From positions 1 through 36,758 of the IMG/VR virus record IMGVR_UViG_3300037423_001684: a stretch of DNA of 36,758 nucleotides, one strand, 5' to 3'. Made by a program: the position numbers and the translations under genes. Shown piece by piece: positions 35,035 through 36,758 of the stretch. The notes beneath the pieces were generated by a model. The model worked only from the letters and a program-made list of their open reading frames with translations. It did not search any database and was not told the origin of the DNA. Every line of letters begins with the position of its first letter. The first letter of the stretch is position 1. The stretch is from a virus (taxonomy: Duplodnaviria > Caudoviricetes).

Positions 35035-35884
35035 GCCGATCACCGCATGCGTTTACGGCGTGCCTGGCGTGGGGAAAACCACGTTCGGCGCGAGCGCACC
35101 AAACCCCCTTGTCTGCTGTCTCGAGCGCGGCGCGGACGGCCTCGACGTCGCCAAGCTTCCCGCTCCCGAATCCTGGGAGAGCTTCGTCGGAGACCTGCGC
35201 GAGCTCGCGAACACCGACCACGGTTTCAAGACGCTCGTCGTCGACACCCTCGACGCACTCGAGGTTCTGGCCGTCCAGTACGTTTGCCAGAAGGGCGGCA
35301 AGCCCACGCTGGCGGACTTCTCGTGGGGCGCGGGATACGCGCTGCTCACGCAGGAGTGGCGCCTCTTCCTGAAGGCGCTCGAATTCCTTCGCGACAAGCG
35401 CGGGATGAACATCGTCCTCATCGCGCACGAGCACCGGAAGGCGTTCGCCGATCCCGAGCTCGGCTCGTTCGAGATGTACCGTCCGAAGCTGCAAGACAAG
35501 GTCTGGGCGCTGACGAACGAGTGGTGCGACGCCGTGCTGTTCGCGCAGTTCGATCAGGCGCTGCTCGAGAAGGACGGCCAGAAAGCCCGCGCGATCGTAA
35601 GCGGCCGTCGCATCCTCCGCACCCAGCGCGGCACCGGCTACGTCGCCAAGAACCGCTTCGGTCTTCCCGACGTGATCGATCTCGACTGGAAGACGTTCGA
35701 GGCTGCCGCGCAGCCGGTTCCCGTCGACGTCCTCAAGACGAAGCTGGGTGACCTGCTCGCGAAGGCAAATCCGGACGTGCAGGCGAAAGCCAAGGCCTAC
35801 CTCGCGGAGCGCGGCGAGACCCCCGAAACACTGCGTGCTCTGACCGAGCGCGTGCAAACGATTCTGGCTGAGAAGGCAGCCTGA
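34994..35884 (+). CDS. Sak4-like (AAA_24) ATPase/annealase
   Basis: YGVPGVGKTTF, TLVVDTLD, WGAGY, VLIAHE, AKNRFGLP. Confidence 0.88.
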   Translation: MGLLDKIQSGRQRKPITACVYGVPGVGKTTFGASAPNPLVCCLERGADGLDVAKLPAPESWESFVGDLRELANTDHGFKTLVVDTLDALEVLAVQYVCQKGGKPTLADFSWGAGYALLTQEWRLFLKALEFLRDKRGMNIVLIAHEHRKAFADPELGSFEMYRPKLQDKVWALTNEWCDAVLFAQFDQALLEKDGQKARAIVSGRRILRTQRGTGYVAKNRFGLPDVIDLDWKTFEAAAQPVPVDVLKTKLGDLLAKANPDVQAKAKAYLAERGETPETLRALTERVQTILAEKAA

Positions 35885-35898
35885 ACAAGGAGACAGAG

Positions 35899-36414
35899 AT
35901 GATCAACAAGGCAGGAACGTACAAGGCGAAGGCGACGGACGAGGTGACGCTCGGTCAGTCGAGGACGAAGGGGACGCCGTTCGTCGGCCTCTACTTCAAG
36001 GTCACCGAGGGCGAGTTCGCGGGCCAGCTCATCAAGTGGGAGGGCTGGATGACCGCGAACACCGCCGAGCGTGTGCTCCAGTCGCTGCAGTACTGCGGTT
36101 GGCGCGGCGACGACATCAGCGAGCTGCCTCGCAACCCGAATGGGCTTTGCGACAACGAGGTGGAGATCGTCGTCGAGATGGAGCCGTACACCGGCGACGA
36201 TCCCGACAAGCAGGGCAAGTCCTACCCGAAGGTGCAGTGGGTGAACCGCGCAGGCGGGAAACCGAAGTTCGCGGGTGACGCCATGGACGTCGCGCAGGCC
36301 GCTGCGTTCGGTCAGAAGTTCCGCGGCCTCGCGATGGCGCTGAAGGCGAAGGCCGGCGCGGTGCCGTCGAACACGACGAGCAAGTCCACCGGCACCGACG
36401 ACATTCCGTTCTGA
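35899..36414 (+). CDS. Phage single-stranded DNA-binding protein
   Basis: AGTYKAK...GTPFVGLYFKV OB-like pattern; C-terminal DDIPF tail; follows Sak4. Confidence 0.82.
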   Translation: MINKAGTYKAKATDEVTLGQSRTKGTPFVGLYFKVTEGEFAGQLIKWEGWMTANTAERVLQSLQYCGWRGDDISELPRNPNGLCDNEVEIVVEMEPYTGDDPDKQGKSYPKVQWVNRAGGKPKFAGDAMDVAQAAAFGQKFRGLAMALKAKAGAVPSNTTSKSTGTDDIPF

Positions 36415-36547
36415 CCCCCTTCGCGGCTGGCCCCCCCGAGCCGCGAACGTCCTGAGTCACGACGCGAAACTGACTCACTTCTCGCCGGCAGGCGCAGCGC
36501 GAACGCGCTCCTCGTTCAACTCGAGGCGACGGGACCAGGAGACGACG

Positions 36548-36673
36548 ATGACGAACGAAGAGAAAGCCGCGCTCGTGCGCTGGTACCTGCAGGTTGTCTT
36601 GCCCGCCGTGCGCAGGCTCCGTGAGAGGAAGGCAACGGAGGTTCGAAGCACAGACCGAGAGGTAGGGAGATGA
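36548..36673 (+). CDS. 41-aa hypothetical protein
   Basis: AGGAG RBS; MTNEEKAALVRWYLQVVLPAVRRLRERKATEVRSTDREVGR; ATGA overlap with the next ORF. Confidence 0.5.
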   Translation: MTNEEKAALVRWYLQVVLPAVRRLRERKATEVRSTDREVGR

Positions 36674-36758
36674 GATTCAAGCGCACTAGTGACGACCCGA
36701 TGGATCCGCGATGCGCGATCTCGGTCGAGGACGAGTTCCTCGATGAGAACGGCAACGG
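36670..36758 (+). CDS. Hypothetical protein, 5' fragment
   Basis: MRFKRTSDDPMDPRCAISVEDEFLDENGN..., open to the window end. Confidence 0.5.
   Translation, partial: MRFKRTSDDPMDPRCAISVEDEFLDENGN

Larger units (their letters stand above)
1..36758. mobile_element. Temperate podovirus-like bacteriophage/prophage genome (partial)
   Basis: Continuous phage gene order with TerL, portal, capsid, tail, lysis, cI/cro switch, serine recombinase, primase-helicase and Sak4 module. No tape-measure, tail tube or sheath gene recognised. Dense ATGA/GTGA/TGATG overlaps and no housekeeping genes. Confidence 0.95.

Overview
The whole window is one high-GC, temperate, short-tailed (P22/Mx8-like layout) phage or prophage genome, cut at both edges. 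No host genes, att junctions, tRNA/rRNA genes, CRISPR arrays or reverse transcriptase are visible. A cI/cro-type switch lies at ~32.2-33.2 kb, with two near-identical outward-facing sigma70 promoters carrying CAATATTG operators. The rightward arm encodes small Zn/coiled-coil ORFs, a Cas4/AddB-like exonuclease, a Sak4-like ATPase and an SSB. The leftward arm runs: cro, a large serine recombinase, VRR-NUC, Prim-Pol/AAA primase-helicase, a palindromic candidate origin, TerS/TerL, a GroES + glycosyltransferase + GNAT cassette, portal, scaffold, capsid, adaptor, nozzle, three ejection proteins, a beta-helix tailspike, and a lysis cassette with a papain-like protease and a GH25 endolysin (missed by the ORF track because it runs off the window). 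The most unusual signal is an 862-aa ejection protein with one C-terminal S74-like chaperone/autoprotease body but several dispersed S-D-P-x-x-K cleavage-type motifs and a triple MGSLASL repeat, a candidate self-processing polyprotein. Also notable: an integrase inside the cro-side operon beside an AT-rich attP candidate, a late virion-modification/chaperone cassette, and a TerL with no canonical start codon. A Myxococcota-like host is inferred, not shown. All family calls are from motifs read by eye; no searches were run.
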